Part shown: positions 34,921-44,792 of the stretch, piece by piece
Numbering within the stretch: the stretch's first letter is position 1
Layout: each line of letters starts with the position of its first letter
DNA from: Desulfobacterales bacterium
Lineage (GTDB): Bacteria > Desulfobacterota > Desulfobacteria > Desulfobacterales > UBA2174
DNA: 64,000 bases
Direction of reading: 5' to 3'
Assembly: GCA_963668645.2 (NCBI GenBank)
Contig: CAXXWC010000018.1
Coordinates: forward strand, 32,001 to 96,000
Position numbers and translations under genes: made by a program
Notes under the pieces: model-generated
Seen by the model: the letters and a program-made list of their open reading frames with translations, nothing else
Told to the model about the DNA's origin: nothing
Databases searched by the model: none

Positions 34921-35550
34921 ATGGCAAGCAAGCTTTCCCCAGCGATACAGGCCTTCGGCCAGGGCCTTTGGTCCAACAACCCCATCGCCGTTCAGGTGCT
35001 CGGCATCTGCTCGGCCCTGGCGGTGACGGTTCAGCTGCGCACAGCCGTGGTGATGGCCCTGGCGCTGAGCACGGTGGTGGCCGGCTCCAACCTGGTCATC
35101 TCCGCCATGCGCAACCTGATTCCGCGCAACATCCGCATCATCGCGGAACTGTGCATCATCTCCACCCTGGTGATCATCGCCGATCAGTTGCTGCGGGCCT
35201 TTCTCTTCGATGTGAGCAAGCAGCTGTCGGTTTTCGTGGGCCTGATCATCACCAATTGCATTGTGATGGGCCGGGCCGAAGCGTTTGCCATGGGAAACCC
35301 GCCCTGGCCTTCGTTCATGGACGGGCTAGGCAACGGGCTGGGCTACGGTGCCATCCTGGTCATCGTGGCCTTTTTCCGGGAACTGCTGGGCGCGGGCAAG
35401 ATCCTCGGTTTTCAGGTGGTGCCGCCGTCGTTTTACGCGGCCGGATACCAGAACATGGGTTTCATGCTGCTGGCACCGGCGGCCTTTATCCTCATCGGGC
35501 TGCTCGTCTGGGTGCAGCGGACGGTGGTGGACCGCCGAAAAGGGCGCTAG
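34921..35550 (+). CDS. nqrD: Na+-NQR subunit D
   Basis: [49 protein letters not shown]. Confidence 0.95.
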   Translation: MASKLSPAIQAFGQGLWSNNPIAVQVLGICSALAVTVQLRTAVVMALALSTVVAGSNLVISAMRNLIPRNIRIIAELCIISTLVIIADQLLRAFLFDVSKQLSVFVGLIITNCIVMGRAEAFAMGNPPWPSFMDGLGNGLGYGAILVIVAFFRELLGAGKILGFQVVPPSFYAAGYQNMGFMLLAPAAFILIGLLVWVQRTVVDRRKGR

Positions 35551-35562
35551 GGAAGGATCCGC

Positions 35563-36171
35563 ATGCAGGATCTGGTGAGCATTTTCGTCAACTCGGTGTT
35601 CGTGGGCAATATCCTGCTGGCCTACTTTCTGGGGATGTGCTCGTTTCTGGCGGTGTCCAAGAACATGGAGACCTCCATCGGGCTGGGCATTGCGGTGACC
35701 TTCGTGCTCACGATCACCACGCCGGTCAACTGGCTGGTCTATCATTACCTGCTGGGGCCCGGGGCCCTGGCCTGGGCCGGCCTGCCTGATATCGACCTGA
35801 GCTTTTTGAAGTTCATCACCTTCATCGCCGTTATCGCGGCTCTAGTGCAGGCGGTGGAGATGATTATCGATCGTGTTTCACCGACCCTCTACAATGCCCT
35901 GGGCGTTTTTTTGCCCTTGATCGCGGTCAACTGCGCCATTCTGGGCGCATCGCTGTTCATGGTCGAGCGCAACTACTCCCTGGTCGAATCGATCGTTTTC
36001 GGCGTCGGCTCAGGCGCCGGCTGGGCTTTGGCCATCGTAGCCATGGCGGCCATCCGGAGCAAACTGCGCTATGCCGACGTACCCAAGGGCCTTGAAGGAT
36101 TCGGCATCACCATGATTTCCACCGGCTTGATGGCCATGGCCTTCATGCTCTTTTCGGGTATCACCCTGTGA
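35563..36171 (+). CDS. nqrE: Na+-NQR subunit E
   Basis: [35 protein letters not shown]. Confidence 0.95.
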   Translation: MQDLVSIFVNSVFVGNILLAYFLGMCSFLAVSKNMETSIGLGIAVTFVLTITTPVNWLVYHYLLGPGALAWAGLPDIDLSFLKFITFIAVIAALVQAVEMIIDRVSPTLYNALGVFLPLIAVNCAILGASLFMVERNYSLVESIVFGVGSGAGWALAIVAMAAIRSKLRYADVPKGLEGFGITMISTGLMAMAFMLFSGITL

Positions 36172-36199
36172 GCCGTCAAATCAATTTGCGAGGCGCGTT

Positions 36200-37420
36200 T
36201 TGATTTACGTGGTGAGCATCGTCGTTTTTTCCGGGATCCTTTTTGCCCTGGTGGCCGGGCTGCTACTGGTCGAGGCCAAAGTGGTGGTCAAGGGCCAGGC
36301 GGCCGTCGAGATCAACGGGGATGCCGAAAATTCGCTGCACGTGCCGGTGGGCAACACGCTTCTGGCAGCCCTGGTCAACAACCAGGTTCTGCTTCCCTCG
36401 GCTTGCGGCGGCAAGGGGACCTGCGGCACCTGCAAGTGCACGGTGGTCGAGGGGGGCGGGGATATTCTGCCCACCGAACTGGCCCACATCGGGCGCAGCG
36501 AGCGGCTCAAGGGCGTGCGCCTGGCCTGCCAGCTTAAACTGCGCGACGATCTGAAGATCCGGATTCCCGAAGAGATTTTCAGCATCAAGCGCTACGATGC
36601 CACGGTGGTGTCCAACGAAAACGTGGCGACCTTTATCAAGGAGCTGGTGCTGCAGCTCGACGAAGGCCAGCGGCTCGTATTCGAGGCGGGCGCCTATATC
36701 CAGATCGATATTCCCGAGTATGAGGTGAGCTTTCGCGATTTCAACGTGGCCCAGCGGTATCGCGACGTGTGGGAGCGCTTCAACCTCTGGGGCCTCAAGG
36801 CCGCCAGCGAAGATCCGGTCTACCGGGCCTACTCCCTGGCCAACCCGCCCCACGAGGGCAGCGTTTTGAAGTTCACCATCCGCATCGCCACCCCGCCGCC
36901 CAACGCGCCCCAGGCTCCGCCGGGGGTGGGCAGCTCCTATGTTTTCAGCCTCAAGCCCGGCGACCGGGTCACCCTAAGCGGTCCCTACGGCGACTTTTTC
37001 GCCAAACCCACCGACCGTGAAATGTGCTTCGTGGGCGGCGGGGCCGGCATGGCCCCCATGCGCAGCCATATCCTCAACCAGCTCGAAGCGGTGCATACGC
37101 AGCGCAAAATCAGTTTCTGGTATGGGGCGCGATCGGTATCGGAAATGTTTTACGACGAGGAGTTCAAGCGCCTGGCCGCTGCCTATCCCCATTTTTCTTA
37201 CAACGTAGCGCTTTCCGAGCCCCAGCCCGGGGACGGCTGGGACGGACCGATAGGCTTTATCCACCAAGTGCTCTACGAGAACTATCTCAAAGACCACGAG
37301 GATCCCACCGAAATCGAGTACTACCTGTGCGGCCCGCCGCCGATGATCGACGCGGTCACCCGTATGCTCGACTCTCTGGGCGTCGAGGCGGAAATGATCG
37401 CCTACGACAAGTTCGGTTGA
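36200..37420 (+). CDS. nqrF: Na+-NQR subunit F
   Basis: PSACGGKGTCGTC; RLACQ; RAYSLAN; GGGAGMAPMRSH; YYLCGPP; DKFG; TTG start. Confidence 0.96.
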   Translation: MIYVVSIVVFSGILFALVAGLLLVEAKVVVKGQAAVEINGDAENSLHVPVGNTLLAALVNNQVLLPSACGGKGTCGTCKCTVVEGGGDILPTELAHIGRSERLKGVRLACQLKLRDDLKIRIPEEIFSIKRYDATVVSNENVATFIKELVLQLDEGQRLVFEAGAYIQIDIPEYEVSFRDFNVAQRYRDVWERFNLWGLKAASEDPVYRAYSLANPPHEGSVLKFTIRIATPPPNAPQAPPGVGSSYVFSLKPGDRVTLSGPYGDFFAKPTDREMCFVGGGAGMAPMRSHILNQLEAVHTQRKISFWYGARSVSEMFYDEEFKRLAAAYPHFSYNVALSEPQPGDGWDGPIGFIHQVLYENYLKDHEDPTEIEYYLCGPPPMIDAVTRMLDSLGVEAEMIAYDKFG

Positions 37421-37591
37421 TCCGGCCGCGAAGAAGATCGGCAGGCCCGCCCGGCTTTGTCGGATGGACCCACATCGCAACCCGGCTCCCATAAGCACCC
37501 GGAGTATCTTGGATTGACCGCGATTCTGGTAGGTTGCTCGGCTTGCAGGGCCGATTTCGACCCTTAAGATGGCACGGGCTGCCTTGACAGA

Positions 37592-37612
37592 CTTGTAAAA
37601 CGACTTGACAAG
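37592..37612. promoter_or_regulatory. Candidate operator overlapping a TTGACA -35 upstream of the fatty-acid CoA ligase
   Basis: CTTGTAAA-N5-TTGACAAG, a 7/8 inverted repeat. Confidence 0.35.
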
Positions 37613-37753
37613 CTGTGCATCTAACTGTAATCACATGCGAATTGCTGTAGATCGGCGGTTGCGGGGGCAGCCGCCGCCCCTCCATGTGCGCCCCGGTCGA
37701 CGACCGGCGGCATTCGAAACCGCAATGAGGAATGAGGAAGGAGACATTAGATC

Positions 37754-39490
37754 ATGACCGAGACCGTATGGCCTACTCCCTATTGGCCCGCAGGCGTCGC
37801 GCGGGATGTCAGCGGGTATGACAAACCGCTTTTCAACGTCCTTGACGAGGCGGCCCGCGCCTATCCGGACAAGACCTACACCTTGTTCAACGGCGCCGGC
37901 CGCACCTTCGCCCAGGTCAAGGACACCGCCGACCGCATCGCCAACTTCCTGGTCAGCCGGGGGATCCGCAAAGGAGACCGGGTGGCGATTTTCCTGCCCA
38001 ATCTGCCCCATTACGCACCGTTGTATTTCGGCATTCTCAAGGCCGGTGCGGTCACGGTTACCTGCAATCCGCTTTATACGCCCAGCGAGTTGAACTACCA
38101 GCTCAACGACAGTGGGGCCCGGGCTGTGTTTTGCATGGATCATCCCGTTTTCTACCCCACGGCCTGCGAGGCGGTTAAAAACACCCTGGTGGAAACCGTG
38201 GTGATCTGCAACGTTAAATCTTACCTGCCGCCCCTCAAAGGCTTTATCGGCGGACTGCTGGGAAAGATCCCCAAAGCCGCCAGCCACGATCCCAATCATC
38301 TGATGTTCGATGCCGTGGTATCGGCAGCCAGGCCCGAACCGCCCAAGGTGTCCATCGATCCACTCAACGATCTGGCCCTGATCATTTACACCGGCGGTAC
38401 CACCGGCCTGCCCAAGGGCGCCGCTTTAACCCACAGCAACTTTTACTACGACCTGATCGCCATCAACGAATGGATGCGCCTGGTCCAGGAACCGGGGGGC
38501 AAACCTGAAAAGATTCGCCAGGGCGGTTTCCATACCTTTCTCGGGGTCCTGCCCTGGTACCACAGCTTCGGTATGACCACCGCGCTGCTGCTGTCCTGCT
38601 ACACGGGCAGTCGCATCGTCTGTGTGCCGGATCCGCGGGCCGGCAACCCACCGTTTACAGGGGTTCTCGAATCGGTTCAGAAAGACCGGCCCACCGTGAT
38701 GCCGGCCGTACCGACCATCTTCGTCGCCTTTACCAACCACCCCAATATCAAGCAGTACGACCTGACCTCCATCATGGGATGTTTTTCCGGCGGGGCGCCG
38801 CTGCCGCCCGAGGTCTGCCGTCAGTTCGAGGAGGCCACCGGATCGGTGATCTTCGAGGGCTACGGTCTGAGTGAAACTTCCCCGGTGGTCAGCGTCAATC
38901 CGGTCAGCCGGGAGACCCGGCGTATCGGCTCCATCGGATTTCCCCTTCCCGGAACGGACATCAAGATCGTGGACCTGGAAACCGGGAGCGAGGAACTGCC
39001 CCAGGGCGAAGACGGCGAGATCGCCATCAGCGGCCCCGAGGTGATGCAGGGCTATTGGAACAAACCGGAGGAAAACGAGGCCGTGTTCCGTCAGCTCGGG
39101 GACCGGCGCTACTTTCTGACCGGCGATATCGGACATATCGACCCGGACGGCTATATCCTGGTCACCGACCGCAAGAAGGACATGATCCTGGTGGGCGGGT
39201 TCAACGTCTATCCGCGGGACATCGAGGACATCCTTTATAAACATCCCAAGGTAGCCATCGCGGCGGTGGTGGGGGTTCCCGATTCTCGCAGCGGCGAGGC
39301 GGTCAAGGCCTTTATCCAGCTCAAGCCTGACCAGACGGCCACCGAGGAAGAGATGCGCGAATTTTGCAAGCAGAACATGGCCGGCTACAAGCGGCCAAAA
39401 TTTATCGAGTTTCGCGATACGGTGCCCACCTCCAACGTCGGCAAGGTGCTGCGCCGGGTGCTGCGCGACGAAGAGCTCAAAAAGAAATAA
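37754..39490 (+). CDS. Long-chain fatty-acid-CoA ligase (FadD-like)
   Basis: YTGGTTGLPKG; EGYGLSE; TGDIG; DRKKDMILVGGFNVYP; SNVGKVLRR. Confidence 0.93.
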   Translation: MTETVWPTPYWPAGVARDVSGYDKPLFNVLDEAARAYPDKTYTLFNGAGRTFAQVKDTADRIANFLVSRGIRKGDRVAIFLPNLPHYAPLYFGILKAGAVTVTCNPLYTPSELNYQLNDSGARAVFCMDHPVFYPTACEAVKNTLVETVVICNVKSYLPPLKGFIGGLLGKIPKAASHDPNHLMFDAVVSAARPEPPKVSIDPLNDLALIIYTGGTTGLPKGAALTHSNFYYDLIAINEWMRLVQEPGGKPEKIRQGGFHTFLGVLPWYHSFGMTTALLLSCYTGSRIVCVPDPRAGNPPFTGVLESVQKDRPTVMPAVPTIFVAFTNHPNIKQYDLTSIMGCFSGGAPLPPEVCRQFEEATGSVIFEGYGLSETSPVVSVNPVSRETRRIGSIGFPLPGTDIKIVDLETGSEELPQGEDGEIAISGPEVMQGYWNKPEENEAVFRQLGDRRYFLTGDIGHIDPDGYILVTDRKKDMILVGGFNVYPRDIEDILYKHPKVAIAAVVGVPDSRSGEAVKAFIQLKPDQTATEEEMREFCKQNMAGYKRPKFIEFRDTVPTSNVGKVLRRVLRDEELKKK

Positions 39491-39584
39491 GACTTGTCGG
39501 ACCCGGCGGCCGCCCGCCGGGTCTGGCATATTATCGGCCTGACCACGCCCTTGAACCAATCGCCCCAAGCCCCTGGGCAAGCTC

Positions 39585-41255
39585 GTTTCCGTCCATAAAT
39601 CGCCAAAATCAGCCGCCCGAGGACCCTGCAAAGAGGCGGCAGGCGAATAATCTCGAAAGAATTTAGCAAAAAACAAGCCCTTAACAGTAAATGTTGCCAT
39701 TCACCCTAAAATCCGGGAACACCTCACCTGTTGGCTTTACGTATCGAACGGGTGCCGTACCGTCAGGCCAACTGTTTGCGGGCAATCGTAAGCAGGTTGG
39801 CCGAAACGATCGACGCCCAAACATAACTCTGGAACGATCGCCATCCTTTCCAAGTGCACCGATCCAGCCCCAGGCTGCGCTTGAGCCAGGATATGCCCGC
39901 CTCGATGCCGGCCCGGAAGCGACGAAGGCGCCTGTACACATACGGGCTGCGGCACATCTTCTCCGGGTCCAGGCCGCGCTTTTTGGCAAAACAGACGTCT
40001 TTGATTCCCTTGTCCTTGGCGGCCTTCAAATTCGCCTTGGAAGCAAACCCTCCGTCCAGTGCAACTTTGAGCGGGCAGCGCCCGTAAATCTTTTCTTGCC
40101 GATCGAGCATCGTCTGGGTCAAGGTCACATCGGCCGGGTTGCCTTCCACGATCTGACAATCGAGAATCAGGTTCGAACGGCCTCCGGTCAGACATATCTT
40201 GTGACCGAAAAATGTGTCGCGCCGGTCTTTGACGATGATGTCGGTATGCTCCTCGAAAATCGACACGAGCTTTTCCGAGGCCGGAACCTTCTCTCCTTTG
40301 ATGACGCGGCGCTGGGTCTGCGCGATGACCTTTTCGGTCAGTGCAACGTAGCGTTCCAATTCAAAAAACAGGCCCAGCGCGGTCAGGTTGTCAGCACCGA
40401 CCGTCTTGAGCCGTTCGATAGCGCGCCGGGCCGAAGCCAACGACTTTGCCGTGTACTTGAGAAGATCGACATAGGCCCCACGACGTTCATTTTTGCTGCG
40501 GGCGTACTGAATTTTGACCATGCGCCGTTTGGCCACCCGGCGGTGATCGTGGTATCCAAATCGGCCCAGGCCAAGATCCCGGACCCTTTGCTGCAACCGG
40601 CTCAGCACCCGGACACAATCATACAGCAGGCTCGAATCACTGGGCGCGTGGATATTGCTTTCGACAACCGTACAATCGATACGTGCCACACGGCCTTTTT
40701 CGATCTTGTTTTGTTTGGCATAACCGAGCACTTCAAGGTTGATCGCCTCCCAGGTCTGATCCGACAGGGCCTTGATGTTTTTGTTGAGCACCGACTTTTT
40801 GAACCCCTTGTCGGCAATGCCGATACGGCAAAAACGCCGGATACTCTGGCTGTCGACCAGATGAAAAGCCAGGTCCTGGTAGGTCAACTCGTGGAGCCTC
40901 ATCACCACGGCCGCTCGCAGCACCTGCTCGGCGCTCATGCCTTTTGCCCCGGCACGGCTGACAACACGGCGCCGCTTGCAAAGATCTTGCAGCACGAACT
41001 CGGTGATGATAGGTTTGCTGTCCAGGATGCCGGAGATGGCTTCGAGCTCTTGGGCTTGGATGTGGCTGGCGATCTCGGGCATCAGGGGCATTTGGCGTTG
41101 CCATTTTTCGCGCATTTTGTGTTGGTCCTTTTCTCGGCTTTGTTAGTATTTACGGTTGTTTGGCGACATCGTTTATACTACACTCAGCCTCGAAACTCCA
41201 GCACAAAATGCGCTTTTTTTATGCCGGCCGGATAGTTACGGCCGCGGATGGACAC
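39585..41255 (-). mobile_element. Insertion sequence (1671 bp), DDE type, probably ISNCY/ISDol1-like
   Basis: Ends GTTTCCGTCC / GTGTCCATCC (8/10 IR); flanked by a 6-bp direct repeat AAGCTC (39579-39584 and 41256-41261); carries a transposase. Confidence 0.8.
39763..41115 (-). CDS. DDE transposase (IS5-like/ISNCY)
   Basis: RIDCTVVESNIHAPSDS; KLVSIFEEHTDII; FGHKI; GNPAD; ALDGGF; FRAGIEAGISWLKR. Confidence 0.93.
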   Translation of the reverse strand: MREKWQRQMPLMPEIASHIQAQELEAISGILDSKPIITEFVLQDLCKRRRVVSRAGAKGMSAEQVLRAAVVMRLHELTYQDLAFHLVDSQSIRRFCRIGIADKGFKKSVLNKNIKALSDQTWEAINLEVLGYAKQNKIEKGRVARIDCTVVESNIHAPSDSSLLYDCVRVLSRLQQRVRDLGLGRFGYHDHRRVAKRRMVKIQYARSKNERRGAYVDLLKYTAKSLASARRAIERLKTVGADNLTALGLFFELERYVALTEKVIAQTQRRVIKGEKVPASEKLVSIFEEHTDIIVKDRRDTFFGHKICLTGGRSNLILDCQIVEGNPADVTLTQTMLDRQEKIYGRCPLKVALDGGFASKANLKAAKDKGIKDVCFAKKRGLDPEKMCRSPYVYRRLRRFRAGIEAGISWLKRSLGLDRCTWKGWRSFQSYVWASIVSANLLTIARKQLA

Positions 41256-41291
41256 AAGCTCGCAGATAAACACGTATCGGACTGTTAACCC

Positions 41292-41433
41292 GTGTCGATC
41301 CATAAACGGCACCTTTCGGCCCCCGGCGGCGTTCTCACCCGTTTCCAATCCTCGCAATAGCGGGCTATTGCTCCGGTTGGAAACTCGCTCGGGCCTTGCC
41401 AGGAACCAAAAATCACCATTTATGGACGGACAC
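41292..41433. mobile_element. 142-bp MITE with ends related to the adjacent IS
   Basis: IRs GTGTCGATCCATAAA / GTGTCCGTCCATAAA; 6-bp direct repeat TAACCC (41286-41291 and 41434-41439); internal hairpin GTTTCCAA..GCAATAGC-GG-GCTATTGC..TTGGAAAC. Confidence 0.85.
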
Positions 41434-41876
41434 TAACCCGGTGTGCAGTGGGCGCAGCACCGGCCGGCGGCGGTCCTCAGGTCGTTGGGCAGACCTTCGC
41501 GCCATGGCCAATAGGCGTGGCAGGCCGGACAGCGTACGTGAACGAGGTCATGGTCCACACTGCGCTCGACAAACAGCAGATCGAAGCCGAAGCGGTTGCT
41601 GGCCACCTCCAGGCAGAGGCGTTGGGCCATGAGGATGGAACGCATGCGCCAGGGATGAAAATGGACTTTGAACAGGCTGCGCCCGTAACCGCGGACGCCC
41701 CGGCGCAAGCTCAGGATATTGGCTTTGACCGTGCGTACGTTGCCCATGCCGAGGTCATTGAGGGACTGGATCTGCAGCAGCGTCATTCCGCGTGCCGGGC
41801 GATTGCCGCCCTGCGATGAGGCCGTTTTAACGGTAGGGTTAAAGTGTTGCAGCGCCAAAAGTGACAATGGACCCAC
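41433..41876 (-). CDS. Hypothetical protein with C-terminal CPAC and CAHC motifs
   Basis: 147-aa ORF; AAGGA upstream of GTG; divergent from 42022; no family recognised. Confidence 0.5.
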   Translation of the reverse strand: MGPLSLLALQHFNPTVKTASSQGGNRPARGMTLLQIQSLNDLGMGNVRTVKANILSLRRGVRGYGRSLFKVHFHPWRMRSILMAQRLCLEVASNRFGFDLLFVERSVDHDLVHVRCPACHAYWPWREGLPNDLRTAAGRCCAHCTPG

Positions 41877-42021
41877 GATGGAAGAATCCTTTCCTTGAAA
41901 AGCAGGCTGGGTTCAATAAGAATAGGCCTTTATATAAACTGAAGATTGTTTAGGATATAAGGCTCCTGTCAACGCCTGTCAAGAAGAAAACTGCACCCAG
42001 GCAATCCGAACAAGGCCGGTG

Positions 42022-42582
42022 ATGGTGACCGAAAATCTGCGCACAGCCGTTCTGTACGCCGCCATGCAGGCGGCAACGGTGCTGGCCGAAGATCGGCCCC
42101 GATGCGTGATCCTCTTCGGTTCAGCAGCGGCCTTGCTCGCGGGGCAGGGAAGCGGTGCACGGCCCCGTGACCTCGATCTTTTGCTGATCGGAGATTTCCC
42201 CCCGCCGCGGGACATTTCAAAAAACCTCGGTTTTCCCGTGGAGCTTCACCGCCTGCGGACCGCCGAGTTGATCGACGTCGCCACGATCCTGCGTTATGAT
42301 TCCCGCTTGGTGGCTCTGGCCCGGTTCTATGCGGACAATCTGGTGCGCCGGCACGCCCTGCGGGTCATCGCGGCATGTCTGCTGCTCGGACCCGGGTACC
42401 GGGACTTCGGTTTCGAACAGATCGAGGTCGACGGCCGCCCCGATCCTCGCGATTACGGCTGCCACCGGGTGCTTTACGGCCACGACTGGTGGGGACGGAT
42501 TGCCGCCTGGGCCCGAAAAAGACGCGGTCCGGTGGGACGTTGGAGTGACCGGCTGGTGGCCGGCGACATCTTTCCCGGATAA
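42022..42582 (+). CDS. Hypothetical protein with a minimal nucleotidyltransferase-like motif
   Basis: VILFGS...RDLDLLLIG...PVEL. Confidence 0.55.
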   Translation: MVTENLRTAVLYAAMQAATVLAEDRPRCVILFGSAAALLAGQGSGARPRDLDLLLIGDFPPPRDISKNLGFPVELHRLRTAELIDVATILRYDSRLVALARFYADNLVRRHALRVIAACLLLGPGYRDFGFEQIEVDGRPDPRDYGCHRVLYGHDWWGRIAAWARKRRGPVGRWSDRLVAGDIFPG

Positions 42583-42646
42583 GGCCGGCAGGTCCGTTGA
42601 TGGCGGGTCTTGGTGAACCGTCGACGAAGATCCCCTTGAAAGGACA

Positions 42647-43699
42647 ATGAAAATGCGTGCCATGCTCTTGAAACGGCTGGGGCCGGTGACGGCCGCCAGC
42701 CCACCTCTGGTTCCGGCGCAGCGGCCGGATCCGGTTGCCGGGCCGGGCCAGGTCCTGATTCGGGTGGCAGCCTGCGGGGTCTGCCACACCGAGCTCGACG
42801 AAATCGAGGGGCGCACGCCGCCGCCGCGGTTGCCAGTTATTCCGGGTCACGAAGTGGTGGGGCGGGTGGCCCAGTGCGGTCCGGGCGCCTTGCGGTTTCG
42901 CGCCGGTGACCGGGTGGGGGTCGGCTGGATCTGGTCGGCCTGTGGCCGGTGCGGTTACTGCCGCAAGGGGTTGGAAAACCTTTGTGCCGGTTTCAAGGCC
43001 ACCGGACGCGACGCGGACGGCGGCTATGGCGAATGGCTGGTGGCCCCAGAAGATTCGGTTTTCCGGATCCCGGACCGCTATGCCGATGCCGCCGCCGCAC
43101 CGCTGCTTTGCGCCGGGGCCGTGGGCTACCGCGCATTGCGGCTGGCCGGGATCCGCAACGGGCAGACCCTGGGGCTGACCGGGTTCGGCGCCTCGGGGCA
43201 TCTGGTGCTGAAGATGGTGCGTCATCTTTTTCCGGATTCGCCCGTATCGGTTTTTGCCCGCAGCCAGGCGCAACGGATTTTCGCCCTCGAGTTGGGGGCG
43301 GCCTGGGCCGGGGATACCGAACAGACCCCGCCCCAGCTTCTCGATGCGGTCATCGACACCACGCCGGTCTGGCGGCCGGTGATCGCAGCCCTGGCTTGCC
43401 TCGCCCCGGGCGGACGTTTGGTGATCAACGCCATTCGCAAGGAGAATCGGGATAGCAACCTGCTGGCAGGGATCGACTACCCGACCCACCTGTGGATGGA
43501 AAAAGAGATCAAAACCGTGGCCAATGTGGCGCGGCGCGATCTGGCCGAGTTCCTTGAGCTGGCCGGCGAGGTGGACCTCACCCCACAGATCGAGGTATTC
43601 CCGCTGCAAGAGGCCAACCGAGCCCTGCTCGAGTTGACCGGGCGTAAAGTCCGCGGCGCCAAGGTGCTGCTGATCGACGACGGGCCGGGGCAGGTTTGA
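42647..43699 (+). CDS. Zinc-binding alcohol dehydrogenase family protein
   Basis: ACGVCHTELD; PGHEVVG; CGRCGYC..ENLC; PLLCAG; GFGASG. Confidence 0.93.
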   Translation: MKMRAMLLKRLGPVTAASPPLVPAQRPDPVAGPGQVLIRVAACGVCHTELDEIEGRTPPPRLPVIPGHEVVGRVAQCGPGALRFRAGDRVGVGWIWSACGRCGYCRKGLENLCAGFKATGRDADGGYGEWLVAPEDSVFRIPDRYADAAAAPLLCAGAVGYRALRLAGIRNGQTLGLTGFGASGHLVLKMVRHLFPDSPVSVFARSQAQRIFALELGAAWAGDTEQTPPQLLDAVIDTTPVWRPVIAALACLAPGGRLVINAIRKENRDSNLLAGIDYPTHLWMEKEIKTVANVARRDLAEFLELAGEVDLTPQIEVFPLQEANRALLELTGRKVRGAKVLLIDDGPGQV

Positions 43700-43811
43700 T
43701 TCAGCCCGGGTCGCTGCAGATAATGGCAGACGGGGAAAAAGTGCTTGCACCCGGCACCCGGCTGATTCCTGAAATCCGCTCTGGCATCCGGCAAAAGTCC
43801 GCGGCGTCCGG

Positions 43812-44144
43812 TCAGAAGGCCATTTTCTCCGGTGGCCGGCGTTCCGGGACATAGGGGTGGGCTGCCGTATCCGCGTTCCAGGCGGCCGAGACGTAAAGGT
43901 TGCAGTAGCAGCTGCCGTATTCGGCCACATCCGGTTCCCGGTAAACGCAAGGGCAGATGATGTCCCGATCGGCTTCCTTGTCGCCGGCGGCCAGCCGGCA
44001 GGGGCAGGCCATGTAGCCGTAGCGGGATTTGTTGAGCAGCAAGGCTTGCAGCAGGTCCATGACCCGCTCCCGGTCGTTGCTGAAATAGTACCCTTTGGCC
44101 TCCTGCGTCTTTTTCAACATTTCATAAAGCTGTTGGGCCTCCAT
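43812..44144 (-). CDS. Ferredoxin:thioredoxin reductase catalytic-subunit-like protein
   Basis: YGYMACPCR; IICPC; GSCYCNLY; start overlaps the glutaredoxin stop. Confidence 0.9.
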   Translation of the reverse strand: MEAQQLYEMLKKTQEAKGYYFSNDRERVMDLLQALLLNKSRYGYMACPCRLAAGDKEADRDIICPCVYREPDVAEYGSCYCNLYVSAAWNADTAAHPYVPERRPPEKMAF

Positions 44145-44398
44145 CAGATCCCCAGAGCCTCCTTTATCTCCTGCTCCCTGAAGCCGACGATAACCTTGTC
44201 GCCGATGATGATGGTCGGAAAAGAGCATTTGGGGTTGAATTTGCGGACATCCTCCAGAATCTGCTTGCGCTCGTCTCCCTCGAGCAGATCGACGTCGACA
44301 AATTCGTATTGAACCGTGCATTCGTTGAGCAGTTTCTTGGTCGACTTGCAGTGGCTGCATGTGCTGAGCGAGTAGAGCTTGACCGTTTTTTCATCCAT
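44144..44398 (-). CDS. Glutaredoxin/NrdH-like protein
   Basis: LSTCSHC; SFPTIII; IVGF. Confidence 0.9.
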   Translation of the reverse strand: MDEKTVKLYSLSTCSHCKSTKKLLNECTVQYEFVDVDLLEGDERKQILEDVRKFNPKCSFPTIIIGDKVIVGFREQEIKEALGI

Positions 44399-44604
44399 TT
44401 GACTTTCCCCTTTGTGCCTTGGCAGGTTGCGATGACAAAATCTTTGGAGCCCATCCAACCATAGCCGTCCTGATTTGACAATCCTGATCTCGATTGTGCC
44501 CCCATATCCTGCAACGTTGCGACGGTTTGTCAAGCGTGTGGCACTTTCCATCGCCTTGCCGGGCGCTGCTCCCTGAAGCGGGAGGATCGGGTATGGATTT
44601 TAGC

Positions 44605-44652
44605 TTGACAAAGGAATCGGGATGCGCATTATTAATGATAATCGTTATTATT
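44605..44652 (+). promoter_or_regulatory. cooS promoter with a Fur-type box
   Basis: TTGACA at 44605; ATTAATGATAATCGTTATTATT (44631-44652) closely matches the classical Fur box GATAATGATAATCATTATC. Confidence 0.7.
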
Positions 44653-44792
44653 AGCTAGAGTTCAGGGCTCTTTCCCGTACCCGCCTCAATCCTGTGGACT
44701 CAGCCTCAACCCGGCCCCGAAGGTCGGCCGTCATCCGGTAGACGAAAACACGATTTGCAATCAATCCAAATCTTTCCATGAAGGAGGGCTCA

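Noticed and set aside
39500..39523. Perfect 10-bp hairpin after the fatty-acid CoA ligase as an intrinsic terminator
   Set aside because: No U-tract follows; it may stabilise the mRNA but cannot be called a terminator.
39691..41235. 514-aa plus-strand ORF inside the IS
   Set aside because: It is the antisense shadow of the transposase and has no recognisable motifs.
39583..41435. A single 1.85-kb IS defined by the best-matching outer IRs
   Set aside because: No direct repeat flanks this pair, whereas the two-element model gives two exact 6-bp duplications.
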